DNA from: an uncultured Geobacter sp.
Lineage (GTDB): Bacteria; Desulfobacterota; Desulfuromonadia; Geobacterales; Pseudopelobacteraceae
Length of the DNA stretch: 64,000 nucleotides
Assembly: GCA_964524835.1 (NCBI GenBank)
Contig: CAZGEG010000013.1
Span: 56,927-120,926, forward strand
Direction of reading: 5' to 3'
Notes under the pieces: generated by a model
The model's database searches: none
Seen by the model: the letters and a program-made list of their open reading frames with translations, nothing else
Told to the model about the DNA's origin: nothing
In this document: piece after piece, positions 1 to 8,462 of the stretch
Position numbering within the stretch: the stretch's first letter is position 1
How the letters are laid out: each line of letters begins with the position of its first letter
Position numbers and translations under genes: made by a program

Positions 1-701
1 TCCGCCATTTTCTGGTACAGGCGTCCCGGCAGGGAATATTTGCCGATGCGCTGGCTCTCCCCTTCCAGCACGATCGGCCGGTCGGCGGGCAGAACCCTGA
101 AGGCATTCCAGAGGAGCGATTCAAAGCGCTTCTGGGTGAAATCCTGCTCCAGTCCGAGGGCGCCGAAAGCGGAACCCCGGTGGCAGGCAATGCCTTCCAG
201 GTCGATCGTCGCCCACTGCTCCGGATTCAGCCCGTTGATGAACTCTGTCTTGCCGGTGCCGGTCATCCCGTGCATGACGATAAGGGGAGAAGGGAATTCA
301 CACGTTTCGAAACAGTCGATCACGTGATTTCGATAGGATTTATACCCGCCGACGATCTGTCTGGCCGGTGTCCCGCACGACTCGACCAGCACCGCGACGG
401 AATGGCTCCGCAACCCGCCGCGCCAGCAATAGACGGCAATCGGCCTGCCGGCGGACAGCGAAAGGATCCGGTCGACCATGGCGTAAAAGCGGGAGCAGGT
501 CAGTTCAAGCCCCCGCCTGCGCGCCTCGACCGGCCCGACCTGTTTGTAGACGGTCCCCACCTCCACCCGCTCTTCGTTCGTCAGCAGCGGAACATTGTAC
601 GCACCGGGGATGTGGTCCTCCTCGAACTCCAGGGGGGTTCTCACATCTATCAGGCAGTGGGTGTCGATCAGCTGCGGGGCGAACTTTATCTTTTCAGGCA
701 T
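1..701 (-). CDS. selU: tRNA 2-selenouridine synthase (rhodanese + P-loop domains); C-terminus cut by window edge
   Basis: Not in ORF track because it is open to the window edge. Hand translation from ATG 701-699 gives MPEKIKFAPQLIDTHCLIDVRTPLEFEEDHIPGAYNVPLLTNEERVEVGTVYKQ. Later motifs are IAVYCWRGGLRSHS (rhodanese Cys loop) and VMHGMTGTGKT (Walker A). Confidence 0.85.
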   Translation of the reverse strand, partial: MPEKIKFAPQLIDTHCLIDVRTPLEFEEDHIPGAYNVPLLTNEERVEVGTVYKQVGPVEARRRGLELTCSRFYAMVDRILSLSAGRPIAVYCWRGGLRSHSVAVLVESCGTPARQIVGGYKSYRNHVIDCFETCEFPSPLIVMHGMTGTGKTEFINGLNPEQWATIDLEGIACHRGSAFGALGLEQDFTQKRFESLLWNAFRVLPADRPIVLEGESQRIGKYSLPGRLYQKMA

Positions 702-791
702 CGATGATCCCGTTTATTACCCCGGAAATATGCACCGGTTATTGCTCTTCATCACATTGACGGCATATTGCCGGCATAGTGCTTCCGAAAT

Positions 792-1256
792 CTAGAAGCG
801 GAGTTTCTCGCGTTTGTAGCTGTGCGAGGCCTCCTTCGCCTTCATCTCCCGGGCAAAGTCGTGGAAGAGGTTCCAGTAGGTCTCGTCCAGGGTCAGGTTG
901 GCCCAGAAGTCCTTGCTCTCCAGACACTTGACCGTGTAGTAGCCGAACATGTAGTGGGCCAGTTCCGGCCGGATGAGGCCGGAGTTGACCTGCAGGGCGA
1001 CCTCTTCCAGCAGGCCGATGAAGTCCCGCTTGTCCTGGGCGCTGATCTCGGCCAGGCGGGGGTCGTTTGCAAACATCAGGGCGCAGATTTCCTTGAAGAC
1101 CGGGTTTTCCTTCAGGCGGCGGCGCAGCATGGTGAAATGCTCCACCCGTTTCTGGGCCCCCTGGCGGCGGTATTCCAGCAGGCCGTTGGCGAAGGCGAAG
1201 ATCGTCACCAGGCCGCCGACGATTATGGCAAAATCCTTCAGAGCGGTCATGTCCAT
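792..1256 (-). CDS. hypothetical N-terminally membrane-anchored protein (154 aa)
   Basis: ORF track. One hydrophobic helix (FAIIVGGLVTIFAFANGLL) followed by a helical soluble part. Lies 30 nt after the yedF-like gene and 90 nt before selU, same strand. No family recognised with certainty. Confidence 0.6.
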   Translation of the reverse strand: MDMTALKDFAIIVGGLVTIFAFANGLLEYRRQGAQKRVEHFTMLRRRLKENPVFKEICALMFANDPRLAEISAQDKRDFIGLLEEVALQVNSGLIRPELAHYMFGYYTVKCLESKDFWANLTLDETYWNLFHDFAREMKAKEASHSYKREKLRF

Positions 1257-1286
1257 GGGATTCTCCCGGTGTACTGCAGATTATGT

Positions 1287-1901
1287 TCAGACCGTGACGA
1301 CACTGTCGGCGTCCTTCATGCCGGTGACGATTTCGAGCATATTCGTGACCTCACCGACCTGTATTTTGTCCAGAAGGTGGAAGTAAGCCAGACAGGCGCC
1401 GCACGCAGTGATCTGGACCCCCTCCCCGGCAAGCTCCCGCAGGATCGGCACCGCTTCGGAGCCTTCCGCCGTAAAGCTGACGCCGCTGTTGACGAAGGCG
1501 ACGCGCCAGAGATCCGTCCCCATCTCTTTCAGGGTCTTCAGAAAATTGAACATCAGCATGTCACCCAGGCCGTCGTCGCCATGCCCCATATGTATACCCG
1601 TGACCAGGACCATGATCTTCTTCTCTCCGCCCCGCGGCTTTTTCGCTGCCGGAGCCTGGAATGCCGGTTCGGTAGCATCCTCCCCCTCCCCTTTTGTGCC
1701 GACAACCCGGAACTCGTTCCCCTGCATCTCGGAAATGACCAGGTAGCTCTGGTGTTCAAGGAAGCGGCTCACATTCTGGCGCGCCGCCTCATTATCGACA
1801 AGCACCGTTATGGCGGCGGGAGCCTCTTTTTCGAGGACGTCCCTGACGCTCAGCACCGGGGCTGGACAGTTCATGCCGCGGCAATCCAGTTCGTTTATCA
1901 T
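1287..1901 (-). CDS. yedF: YedF-type selenium metabolism protein (TusA/SirA-like N-domain fused to DsrE-like C-domain)
   Basis: N-terminus LDCRGMNCPAPVL carries the TusA CPxP motif. After a Gly/Glu/Ala linker comes a DsrE-like domain (KIMVLVTGIHMGHGDDGLG). Length of about 200 aa and position next to selD fit the family. Confidence 0.75.
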   Translation of the reverse strand: MINELDCRGMNCPAPVLSVRDVLEKEAPAAITVLVDNEAARQNVSRFLEHQSYLVISEMQGNEFRVVGTKGEGEDATEPAFQAPAAKKPRGGEKKIMVLVTGIHMGHGDDGLGDMLMFNFLKTLKEMGTDLWRVAFVNSGVSFTAEGSEAVPILRELAGEGVQITACGACLAYFHLLDKIQVGEVTNMLEIVTGMKDADSVVTV

Positions 1902-1974
1902 TTATAATTCCTTTCGTACGTTAATACGACTTGAGTCGTTACTATATGTGGACAAAACACCGGCAAAACCGGAC

Positions 1975-2092
1975 TCACGCGGAGACGCGGAGTACGCGGA
2001 GAACATCACAAACAAAAACATTCTGATTATAGACCAAATGACTTTAAGGTTTTAAGACTGGTTTACTCCGCGTTCTCCGCGTCTCCGCGTGA
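1975..2092. repeat. 118-nt inverted-repeat element: TCACGC + 3x ACGCGGAG arm, AT-rich centre, mirrored 3x CTCCGCGT + GCGTGA arm
   Basis: 1975-1992 tcacgcggagacgcggag is the perfect reverse complement of 2075-2092. Pairing extends imperfectly to 2004/2063. The centre contains ttttaagact. Confidence 0.9.
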
Positions 2093-2118
2093 TAATTTCT
2101 TTAGGTTCGGTGGTGTAC

Positions 2119-3165
2119 TTATTCCACGATAATCCTGTCAACCGGCCCGGCCACCACTTCGCCGACAATCGCCGCACTCTCGACCCCCTTGGCCTGCAGC
2201 GCCGCAACGAGCCGTTCCACCTCCCCGGCCTCGACCGCTATCAGCAGTCCTCCGGACGTCTGCGGGTCAAAGAGCAGGTCCTGAACCATCCGGGGCACAC
2301 CGGCGCCGAAATCGACAAAAGCGCCGCGAAAGTCCCGGTTGTTATAGGCCCCGGCTGGTATCAGCCCCATGGCGGCCCATTCCAGTGCCTCGTGGTACAT
2401 CGGGACAGCTGCGGCGCTGATGCGCACCCCATGTCCCGAATCCACGACCATCTCGGCCAGGTGCCCCAGAAAGCCGAAGCCGGTGATGTCCGTGCAGGCA
2501 TGCACAGAAAAGTCCCCCATGACGGTGGCCGCATCCCGGTTCAGGGCCGCCATGGCCCGAGTGACCCTGTCGGTCAAGGTCTGATCGGCAAGCCCGGCCT
2601 TGATCGCGGTGGAAATGATCCCGGTGCCCAGAGGTTTGGTGAGGATCAGACGATCGCCGGACTGCAGGTTCCTCTTGGTCAGGATGCGGCCGGGGTGGAT
2701 GTAGCCGGTCACCGACAGGCCGTACTTCAGTTCACTGTCTTCGACGGTATGACCGCCGACCAGCACGACGCCGGCCTCCCGCAGCTTGCTCAGCCCCCCC
2801 TCGATAATTGTTCGCAGGATGGAGATATCCATGGTTTTTGCGGGAAAAGCGACGATGTTCATCGCGGTCTTCGGGACCCCGCCCATGGCGTAGATGTCGC
2901 TCAGGGCGTTGGCGGCGGCGATCTGGCCGAAACTGAAAGGATCATCGACCATCGGCGGGAAAAAATCGACCGTCTGCACCAGGGCAAGGTCGTCCGACAC
3001 CCGGTAAACCCCGGCGTCATCCGCCTGACCGAGTCCGACGAGGAGATTCGGGTCCACGGGGAGATCGAGCCCGCAGAGCGCCCGGTCCAGGTCGCCCGGG
3101 GAGAGTTTGGCGGCGCACCCGGCCCCTTTGACGGTCCGGGTGAGACGTATCGTTTCGTTGGTCAT
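2119..3165 (-). CDS. selD: selenide, water dikinase (selenophosphate synthetase), Cys-type
   Basis: MTNETIRLTRTVKGAGCAAKLSPGDL (GxGCxxK active-site loop) with AIR-synthase-like domains. Start moved to ATG 3165, which is preceded by AGGAGA. The longer tracked ORF would overlap the upstream gene. Confidence 0.93.
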   Translation of the reverse strand: MTNETIRLTRTVKGAGCAAKLSPGDLDRALCGLDLPVDPNLLVGLGQADDAGVYRVSDDLALVQTVDFFPPMVDDPFSFGQIAAANALSDIYAMGGVPKTAMNIVAFPAKTMDISILRTIIEGGLSKLREAGVVLVGGHTVEDSELKYGLSVTGYIHPGRILTKRNLQSGDRLILTKPLGTGIISTAIKAGLADQTLTDRVTRAMAALNRDAATVMGDFSVHACTDITGFGFLGHLAEMVVDSGHGVRISAAAVPMYHEALEWAAMGLIPAGAYNNRDFRGAFVDFGAGVPRMVQDLLFDPQTSGGLLIAVEAGEVERLVAALQAKGVESAAIVGEVVAGPVDRIIVE

Positions 3166-3214
3166 GAAAATATCTCCTGGCATATGGTGGTCCGGCAGGT
3201 TCTGCAGTACTGAC

Positions 3215-3901
3215 TCAGGCCAGTCCGAACATCCAGACGAGTCCCACCGCGACAAAGACCGCCGGCAGCATGTTGCCGACCGGCAGCCGCTTGATGCCGA
3301 CCAGATCGAGGCCGATCGCGACAATCAGCAGGCCGCCGACGGCATTCATCTCGAGAACCACCGTCTCGGTCAGCAGCGATCTGGCGGACTCCGCCGCAAT
3401 CGTGATCCCCCCCTGATACAGCAGCACCGGCAGCGCCGCGAAGAGCACGCCGATCCCCAGCGTCGAAGCGAGCGCGATCGACGCCACCCCGTCCAGCGCG
3501 GCTTTGGCGTAAAGGATGGTCGGCGTGCCGCTGTACCCGTCCTGGAGTGCTCCCATGATCGCCATGGCCCCGACACAGTAGAGCAGACTGGCGGCAACAA
3601 AGCCTTCCGCGATATTTCCCGCGCCGGTAAAACGGCCCTGCAGCCAGAGTCCGAACGATTCCAGGCGCGCCTCGATCTGCAGGAGTTCGCCGAGCACACC
3701 GCCGAGTATCAGACTGCCGATGACAATCAGCGGCTGACTGCTTTTCAGAGCCAGCTGCAGGCCGATCAGCAGCACCGTCAACCCCAGGCCCGCCATAACC
3801 GTCTGCCGCATCCGGGAGGGGATAAAGCGGCCGGCATAGCGCCCGATCAGAGCTCCTGCGCAGATTGCTGCCACATTAACGATTGTTCCGGTCAAAATCA
3901 T
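3215..3901 (-). CDS. DUF554-family polytopic inner-membrane protein
   Basis: 228 aa, almost entirely hydrophobic helices (MILTGTIVNVAAICAGALIG...). Lies 49 nt upstream of selD on the same strand. Confidence 0.75.
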   Translation of the reverse strand: MILTGTIVNVAAICAGALIGRYAGRFIPSRMRQTVMAGLGLTVLLIGLQLALKSSQPLIVIGSLILGGVLGELLQIEARLESFGLWLQGRFTGAGNIAEGFVAASLLYCVGAMAIMGALQDGYSGTPTILYAKAALDGVASIALASTLGIGVLFAALPVLLYQGGITIAAESARSLLTETVVLEMNAVGGLLIVAIGLDLVGIKRLPVGNMLPAVFVAVGLVWMFGLA

Positions 3902-4192
3902 TTAAAAGCTACCTCAGGTGCTGCATGCGACGTTACACAAGCGGATATTATTAACAGAAATCGGCGGGCACATCCATAAGATTCAGCTTTATTCAGGAGC
4001 GCAGCACAGGCGGAAAAGATGAGAAAGACGATTGTGCGCCGTCGCGGGTCACCGGTGCCCCCTCAGGATACAGAAGTTCTGCCATATTCTGAGGGAAGAA
4101 GCGTCACTTTACACCTTTCAGTCGCACCCCATGCATCCCTCAACATTCCGTTATTAAAGAACTATTCAGGCATCTGCACGATCTTCTGTTTT

Positions 4193-4208
4193 TGGCAGTC
4201 CAATTGCT
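4193..4208 (+). promoter_or_regulatory. candidate sigma54 (-24/-12) promoter
   Basis: TGGCAG-tccaa-TTGCT matches TGGCAC-N5-TTGCW, with the GG and GC doublets 12 nt apart. Lies about 45 nt upstream of the 4253 micro-ORF. Confidence 0.55.
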
Positions 4209-4252
4209 AACTATCAGTGACGGGCCGCTGCCTGCGATGCAAAAGGAGCGTA

Positions 4253-4360
4253 ATGATGAACAATTCGTATGAATGGGTGGGCGGTGGGATGTTGATGTGG
4301 GCGCTGCTCGCAGTGCTGGTGGTGGTCGCGGTCGTGATACGGAAGCTGTCCAGAAAATAA
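4253..4360 (+). CDS. 35-aa single-pass membrane micro-protein (below ORF-track cutoff)
   Basis: Hand translation gives MMNNSYEWVGGGMLMWALLAVLVVVAVVIRKLSRK*. AAGGAG lies at 4243-4248, 4-7 nt before the tandem ATGs. The C-terminus is positive-inside. Confidence 0.5.
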   Translation: MMNNSYEWVGGGMLMWALLAVLVVVAVVIRKLSRK

Positions 4361-4446
4361 CGCAGCTGCAGCCGACCGCTTCTGGTCGTACCGGAAGTTG
4401 GAATAACGGTCCCGGCTTAAAGGTCTAATGGCAAGGAGGATCAGGT

Positions 4447-4833
4447 ATGAAGAGAAATACTATTTCGCGATATGTCGTGACAGGAGTGGCAGCTATGGGA
4501 GTATGCGTGGCGGCGGGGTGCGCAACACGGGACACGGTCAGTTCCCGCTTCCCCAGGCTTGAAGAGAATATCAGTGCCGCGAAAACGGCCGGGGCTGAAA
4601 CGTATGCCCCGTCTCCCCTCAAATCGGCTGAAGCCAAGCTGGGAGCAGCCAGATCGGCTGTGAGAGTCAACGATATGGTTTCCGCTGACAGATTTGTGGA
4701 TGAAGCTATGGTGGATGCCGACTATGCACGCGCCGAGGCCCCTACTGAAAAGGCAAAAAGTGATGCCATGAAGCTGCGCCTCTCAATCCAGTCCGTGCGG
4801 GATGAAATCAAGCGGCTGCAAGCGGTGAAATAA
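4447..4833 (+). CDS. lipoprotein, helical DUF4398-like
   Basis: Signal peptide with lipobox VAAGC, then an Ala/Lys-rich helical domain. AGGAGG RBS. Confidence 0.7.
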   Translation: MKRNTISRYVVTGVAAMGVCVAAGCATRDTVSSRFPRLEENISAAKTAGAETYAPSPLKSAEAKLGAARSAVRVNDMVSADRFVDEAMVDADYARAEAPTEKAKSDAMKLRLSIQSVRDEIKRLQAVK

Positions 4834-4863
4834 CCGTCCATGAGTTCAGACGAAGGAGTCGAT

Positions 4864-5934
4864 ATGAATTTACGAAATATTTCAAATCAGTTGAAAGCAT
4901 TTGGCTGCGTAATTACCGTCGGGGCCGCACTTACCGGGTGCGCGGGAGCAGTCGATCCGAGTGAACAGATTGCCAGGGACCGCCTGGAACAGGCGCGTAC
5001 CGCCTACACCCAGGCAAAGGCCAATCCGGATGTGGAAACCTACTCCCTGAAAACACTTCTTGAAGCAGAAACAATACTGAAAGATGCCGAGCAGGTGAAT
5101 AAAAAGGCCTATGCCCCCAATCCCATGGAAAATTCAAGGGGATATGATGCAGCTGAGACCAGGCTCTTACTCAGCGACATATCCCGCCTGGCCTACATGG
5201 CAGAGCGCAAGGCAAAGACCTCTGAAGCTCTGGCAGCTGGTATTGTTGCGCGCAACGAGGTCGTCAGGCTGGGCAAAGAAAAAGCGGAGATAGAGCTGCA
5301 GAAAAGCAAGATGGAGCAAAAACTGCTCCAGCATGATCTTGATGAAAAGGCGGCAGCGCTTGAGCGGGCAAAGCAGCAGCTGATTACGGCGGGCAGCGAG
5401 GCTGAACGGGCACGGATAATTGCCGACATCCAGGCAAAAGAGGCCGCATTGGCAACGGCACGGGCTGATGCAAAAGCCAGAGAGGCGGAAAAGGCGAAAG
5501 CGGAACTAGCCCTGCTACTGAAGGAATTGTCTGACCTGCAGGGTCAATTGACCGACCGCGGGATCGTGCTGACCATCGGTGACGTGCAGTTCGCCACCGG
5601 CAAGTCCGACCTGAATGCCGGCGTCCAGATCAGCATGGACAAGCTGGCCGAGTTCCTGCAAAAGAACCAGAACCGCAACCTGCTGGTGGAAGGGCATACC
5701 GACAGCGTCGGCAACGACGAATATAACCAGGGGCTTTCCGAGCAGCGCGCCTCATCGGTCAAGAGCGCCCTGGTAAAACGGGGAGTTACGGGTGAACGGA
5801 TTGTCACGGTCGGATACGGCAAGAAATTCCCGCTGGCGAGCAATGCCGGCGCGTCCGGCAAGCAGCAGAACAGAAGGGTTGAGGCAATTATTCTTAACGA
5901 AGGCGTCATGCCGGAGGGTCAGCTCAGGAAATAG
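4864..5934 (+). CDS. OmpA-family lipoprotein (DUF4398-like + coiled coil + OmpA_C peptidoglycan-binding domain)
   Basis: Start moved to ATG 4864, 5 nt after GAAGGAG. Lipobox ALTGC. C-terminal motifs are LLVEGHTDSVGNDEYNQGLSEQRA and NRRVEAII. Confidence 0.85.
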   Translation: MNLRNISNQLKAFGCVITVGAALTGCAGAVDPSEQIARDRLEQARTAYTQAKANPDVETYSLKTLLEAETILKDAEQVNKKAYAPNPMENSRGYDAAETRLLLSDISRLAYMAERKAKTSEALAAGIVARNEVVRLGKEKAEIELQKSKMEQKLLQHDLDEKAAALERAKQQLITAGSEAERARIIADIQAKEAALATARADAKAREAEKAKAELALLLKELSDLQGQLTDRGIVLTIGDVQFATGKSDLNAGVQISMDKLAEFLQKNQNRNLLVEGHTDSVGNDEYNQGLSEQRASSVKSALVKRGVTGERIVTVGYGKKFPLASNAGASGKQQNRRVEAIILNEGVMPEGQLRK

Positions 5935-6068
5935 CGTCGGCAGCCTTCAACAAACCTGCAGAAGGCTTCCATATTTCAGGACCTCATACAACAACGGGGG
6001 CGGACCAAAATCCGCTCCCGTTTCAATTGGGCCGTGCCCACACCGTCGAAACACCTTCCGCAACCGCT

Positions 6069-6383
6069 TCACGCACACCCTGTTCCCGGAATCGAGGCAA
6101 GCAGCTTTTTCCCTTCCCCGGAGAACGTCCACCACGGGAGCGACTCCCCGCTTTCAAGGAAGTGCCGTACCGACATCAGTACATAGAGAACGCACGGGTC
6201 ATGGCGATGCCCCATAACGCCGCCTAATTCGATATACATCTCAAGCGGGTCCCTCCCGGCAAGCTGTTGCGGATGCAGTATCCCGATAGCGCGAAGATCA
6301 GCCGCAATCGATTTTCCGATATTCGGAAGTTCTTCCAGTTCTGCGGGTTGCTTCTTCCCGGCACTGCTCATACTTTCCCGCAA
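6069..6383 (-). CDS. helix-hairpin-helix domain protein (Cdd1 / mitomycin-resistance-like family, tentative)
   Basis: ELPNIGKSIAADLRAIGI is an HhH motif, followed by DPCVLYVLMSVRHF...PWWTFS. Confidence 0.6.
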   Translation of the reverse strand: MRESMSSAGKKQPAELEELPNIGKSIAADLRAIGILHPQQLAGRDPLEMYIELGGVMGHRHDPCVLYVLMSVRHFLESGESLPWWTFSGEGKKLLASIPGTGCA

Positions 6384-6482
6384 TCCGGCACATGCTGTAA
6401 AAGTCGGGCGGCGATTCTGCCTGTCCAGCCGCCGGTTGACAGCTCAACAATGGCTGCGGCAGCTTCACCGTCGGACTATTTA

Positions 6483-6926
6483 CTAGTGCTGTGCTGAGTT
6501 AATGGCCTTCTCCAGGTCCCTGGATTCTTCGCAGTTGCCGCAGATCCCTTTCAGCCTGTTCAAGGTCTCTCTGGCTTTTCCAGGCTCCTTGTTCATCAGG
6601 TACGCCTCTCCCAGATATTCATGGGCACCCAGATGTTTCGGGTCAAGCGCCAGGGCCTTGTCATAGGCTTTAAAGGCGGCGGGCAGCTGACCGTTTTTCC
6701 GGTAGGAAAAGCCCAGGTAGGTATAGGCGTCGGCACTGCCTGCATCCGCCTTGATATACTCTTTCAGCAATTTGATGGCTTCCGGGTAATTTTTATCATC
6801 GATCGTTTTTTTGATCTCCTGCAGGTTCGGAGCGCTCTCTCTTTGAGAGTCGCCTTCGCTCCCGCCGCCGCTGGCATACAGAGCACCCGGAACCAGAAGA
6901 CAAAGTAAAATGATCATGCGTTTCAT
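6483..6926 (-). CDS. secreted TPR-repeat protein
   Basis: Start moved to ATG 6926 (GGGGAGGA RBS). Signal peptide MKRMIILLCLLVPGALYA. TPR signatures AYTYLGFSYRKNGQLPAAFKAYDKALALDP. Confidence 0.8.
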   Translation of the reverse strand: MKRMIILLCLLVPGALYASGGGSEGDSQRESAPNLQEIKKTIDDKNYPEAIKLLKEYIKADAGSADAYTYLGFSYRKNGQLPAAFKAYDKALALDPKHLGAHEYLGEAYLMNKEPGKARETLNRLKGICGNCEESRDLEKAINSAQH

Positions 6927-7072
6927 ACGATCCTCCCCAATTTGCGTTTGAAGTACCTGCCAACCCGCCATTATACGGGCCAATTATCTTCCTATCGGGC
7001 CGCAACAGTCAACTCCGAAACTAAATCCCCGCACCACCCTTCTTGACTCATGGTTTCCAGCAGACCGGGATG

Positions 7073-7489
7073 TCAGAAGCCGTGCGAAAACCATCTGATT
7101 CCGGTCACATACACCGCATTGTCTGCCTTGGACAAATATATGTAAAAGAGTACGTCATTGGCGGTCTGGTCATATTTTGCCTTGTAGAACACGACGGAGT
7201 GAGAAGCCTGGTTGATAAACCCCATGAATGAATGCCCAAGGTATTTGCCGCTGCCGATTCTGAGCGACTCGGCCTCGTTTTCAAACCTCCCCTCGGGGAC
7301 AGACTTGACCAGCCTGGAGGTGAAATTAGTCGAGAACAGCGCGTAGTCACCCGTGCCCAGACCCTTGATGACATCATCGATAGCCGGGTCGGCGATCATT
7401 CTGACGGCAGCATCGGATTCTCCGATTGGTGCGGCATAAACCGAGGAACAGAAAAAAATCACCATCATTACGCACACGATGTAGTTCAT
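7073..7489 (-). CDS. secreted hypothetical protein (DUF3887-like, tentative)
   Basis: ORF track. Signal peptide MNYIVCVMMVIFFCSSVYA. No catalytic motif recognised. Confidence 0.6.
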   Translation of the reverse strand: MNYIVCVMMVIFFCSSVYAAPIGESDAAVRMIADPAIDDVIKGLGTGDYALFSTNFTSRLVKSVPEGRFENEAESLRIGSGKYLGHSFMGFINQASHSVVFYKAKYDQTANDVLFYIYLSKADNAVYVTGIRWFSHGF

Positions 7490-7621
7490 CTAAAACTCCT
7501 GGTACTGCTCAGAATACAAACAAATCTTATATAGTCTTTTAGTCTTAATAAGGGTTATAATCAAGCTGAAGAGTCATTAAAGATCTTGCTGACACGGATC
7601 CGGGGAAGGGGGGAAAATACC

Positions 7622-7741
7622 ATGGCAACAACCATTCTGATACTTTTGGTCGTGGTTTTAGCAATTGCCAGCACTCCGCTGATTGGAAGCATGTATCGTT
7701 ACAAAGCGCATCATACGGACTTGATGGCGGGTGATGAGTGA
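7622..7741 (+). CDS. 39-aa single-pass membrane micro-protein (below ORF-track cutoff)
   Basis: Hand translation gives MATTILILLVVVLAIASTPLIGSMYRYKAHHTDLMAGDE*. A purine-rich GAAGGGGGG lies 8 nt upstream and a perfect TATAAT at 7556-7561. Confidence 0.45.
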   Translation: MATTILILLVVVLAIASTPLIGSMYRYKAHHTDLMAGDE

Positions 7742-7952
7742 GAAGGTCAGGCTGACCAGCGGAACGGCAAATGGCGCTGAGCGGAATCCTGTCCAGGCTG
7801 TCCGGTAGGTCTGATTGATAAATGCTTGTGGAATATTTTATTGATAAACCAGGGCACTCTCCGGTGGGAGGAATTACGGGGGGTGCCCCTGTTTATTGCT
7901 GGCGCCTGTAACTTCTATACGTTACATACCCTGTCGGTGCTACCTCAGCCCG

Positions 7953-8462
7953 CTATTTGGGAAAGGTAGCGGTTCGCCGGAATGTCGGCTGGTCATTCAT
8001 AAACGGCACTTTCTCTGCCAGGTGGCAGGCGATGCAGGCCGAGCGCGCCATAAGAAAATGTTCCTTTAGCTTCGCCTTGTCTTTAGAAGCAAGAGATTCA
8101 CTGACCGAAACCCACGGGCCCTTCAAAAAAATGGCCACCGCATTGGCCTCGCGTGCGGGCCGTCTGAGATAGCCGAGCTCGATGGTATCCTTGATCTTTT
8201 TCCAGTGGTAGGCGGCCAGATCGTAATTGCCGTCAGCGATGGCATCATAAGTCCGGTTGTACCGCTCGCCAACAAGCTGCATGGACATGGAAAACCCCCC
8301 GAACATCTGCTGAATCCGTTTGAACCGTTCCGTGTCATCTTTGGCGTCCAGCAGCCAATTGTCGCTGGTTTTCGGAGCCTGATCGGCGTTGGCAGCAGGC
8401 GTGGCTGCAAAGTATCCGGCCGCAAAAGTTGCAGCAATTAACAGTTTCCCCATCAGTCTCAT
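7953..8462 (-). CDS. periplasmic mono-haem c-type cytochrome, four-helix-bundle (class II / cytochrome c'-like, tentative)
   Basis: Start moved to ATG 8462 (AAGGAGAC RBS). Signal peptide ends AANA-DQ. Single CXXCH (SACIACH) near the C-terminus of a helical protein. Confidence 0.65.
   Translation of the reverse strand: MRLMGKLLIAATFAAGYFAATPAANADQAPKTSDNWLLDAKDDTERFKRIQQMFGGFSMSMQLVGERYNRTYDAIADGNYDLAAYHWKKIKDTIELGYLRRPAREANAVAIFLKGPWVSVSESLASKDKAKLKEHFLMARSACIACHLAEKVPFMNDQPTFRRTATFPK

Noticed and set aside
822-1907. Long opposite-strand or alternate-frame ORFs across GC-rich genes. Examples are 822-1907, 2089-3213, 3107-3979, 14631-15659, 14998-15723, 16928-17551, 17929-18630, 19677-20675, 21174-21977, 22156-23556, 23553-24818 and 49659-50606.
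   Set aside because: Each lies antisense to, or out of frame with, a gene that has clear family motifs. Their translations are Arg/Pro/Gly/Ala-rich low-complexity sequence, typical of shadow ORFs in GC-rich DNA.
2119-3324. The longer 401-aa version of selD overlapping the DUF554 gene, and a possible selenocysteine (TGA) active site.
   Set aside because: The extension (MSRSASIWSASSGCRS...) has no homology-like features, and ATG 3165 has an AGGAGA RBS. The active-site loop reads GAGCAAK with a Cys codon, so this is not a selenoprotein.
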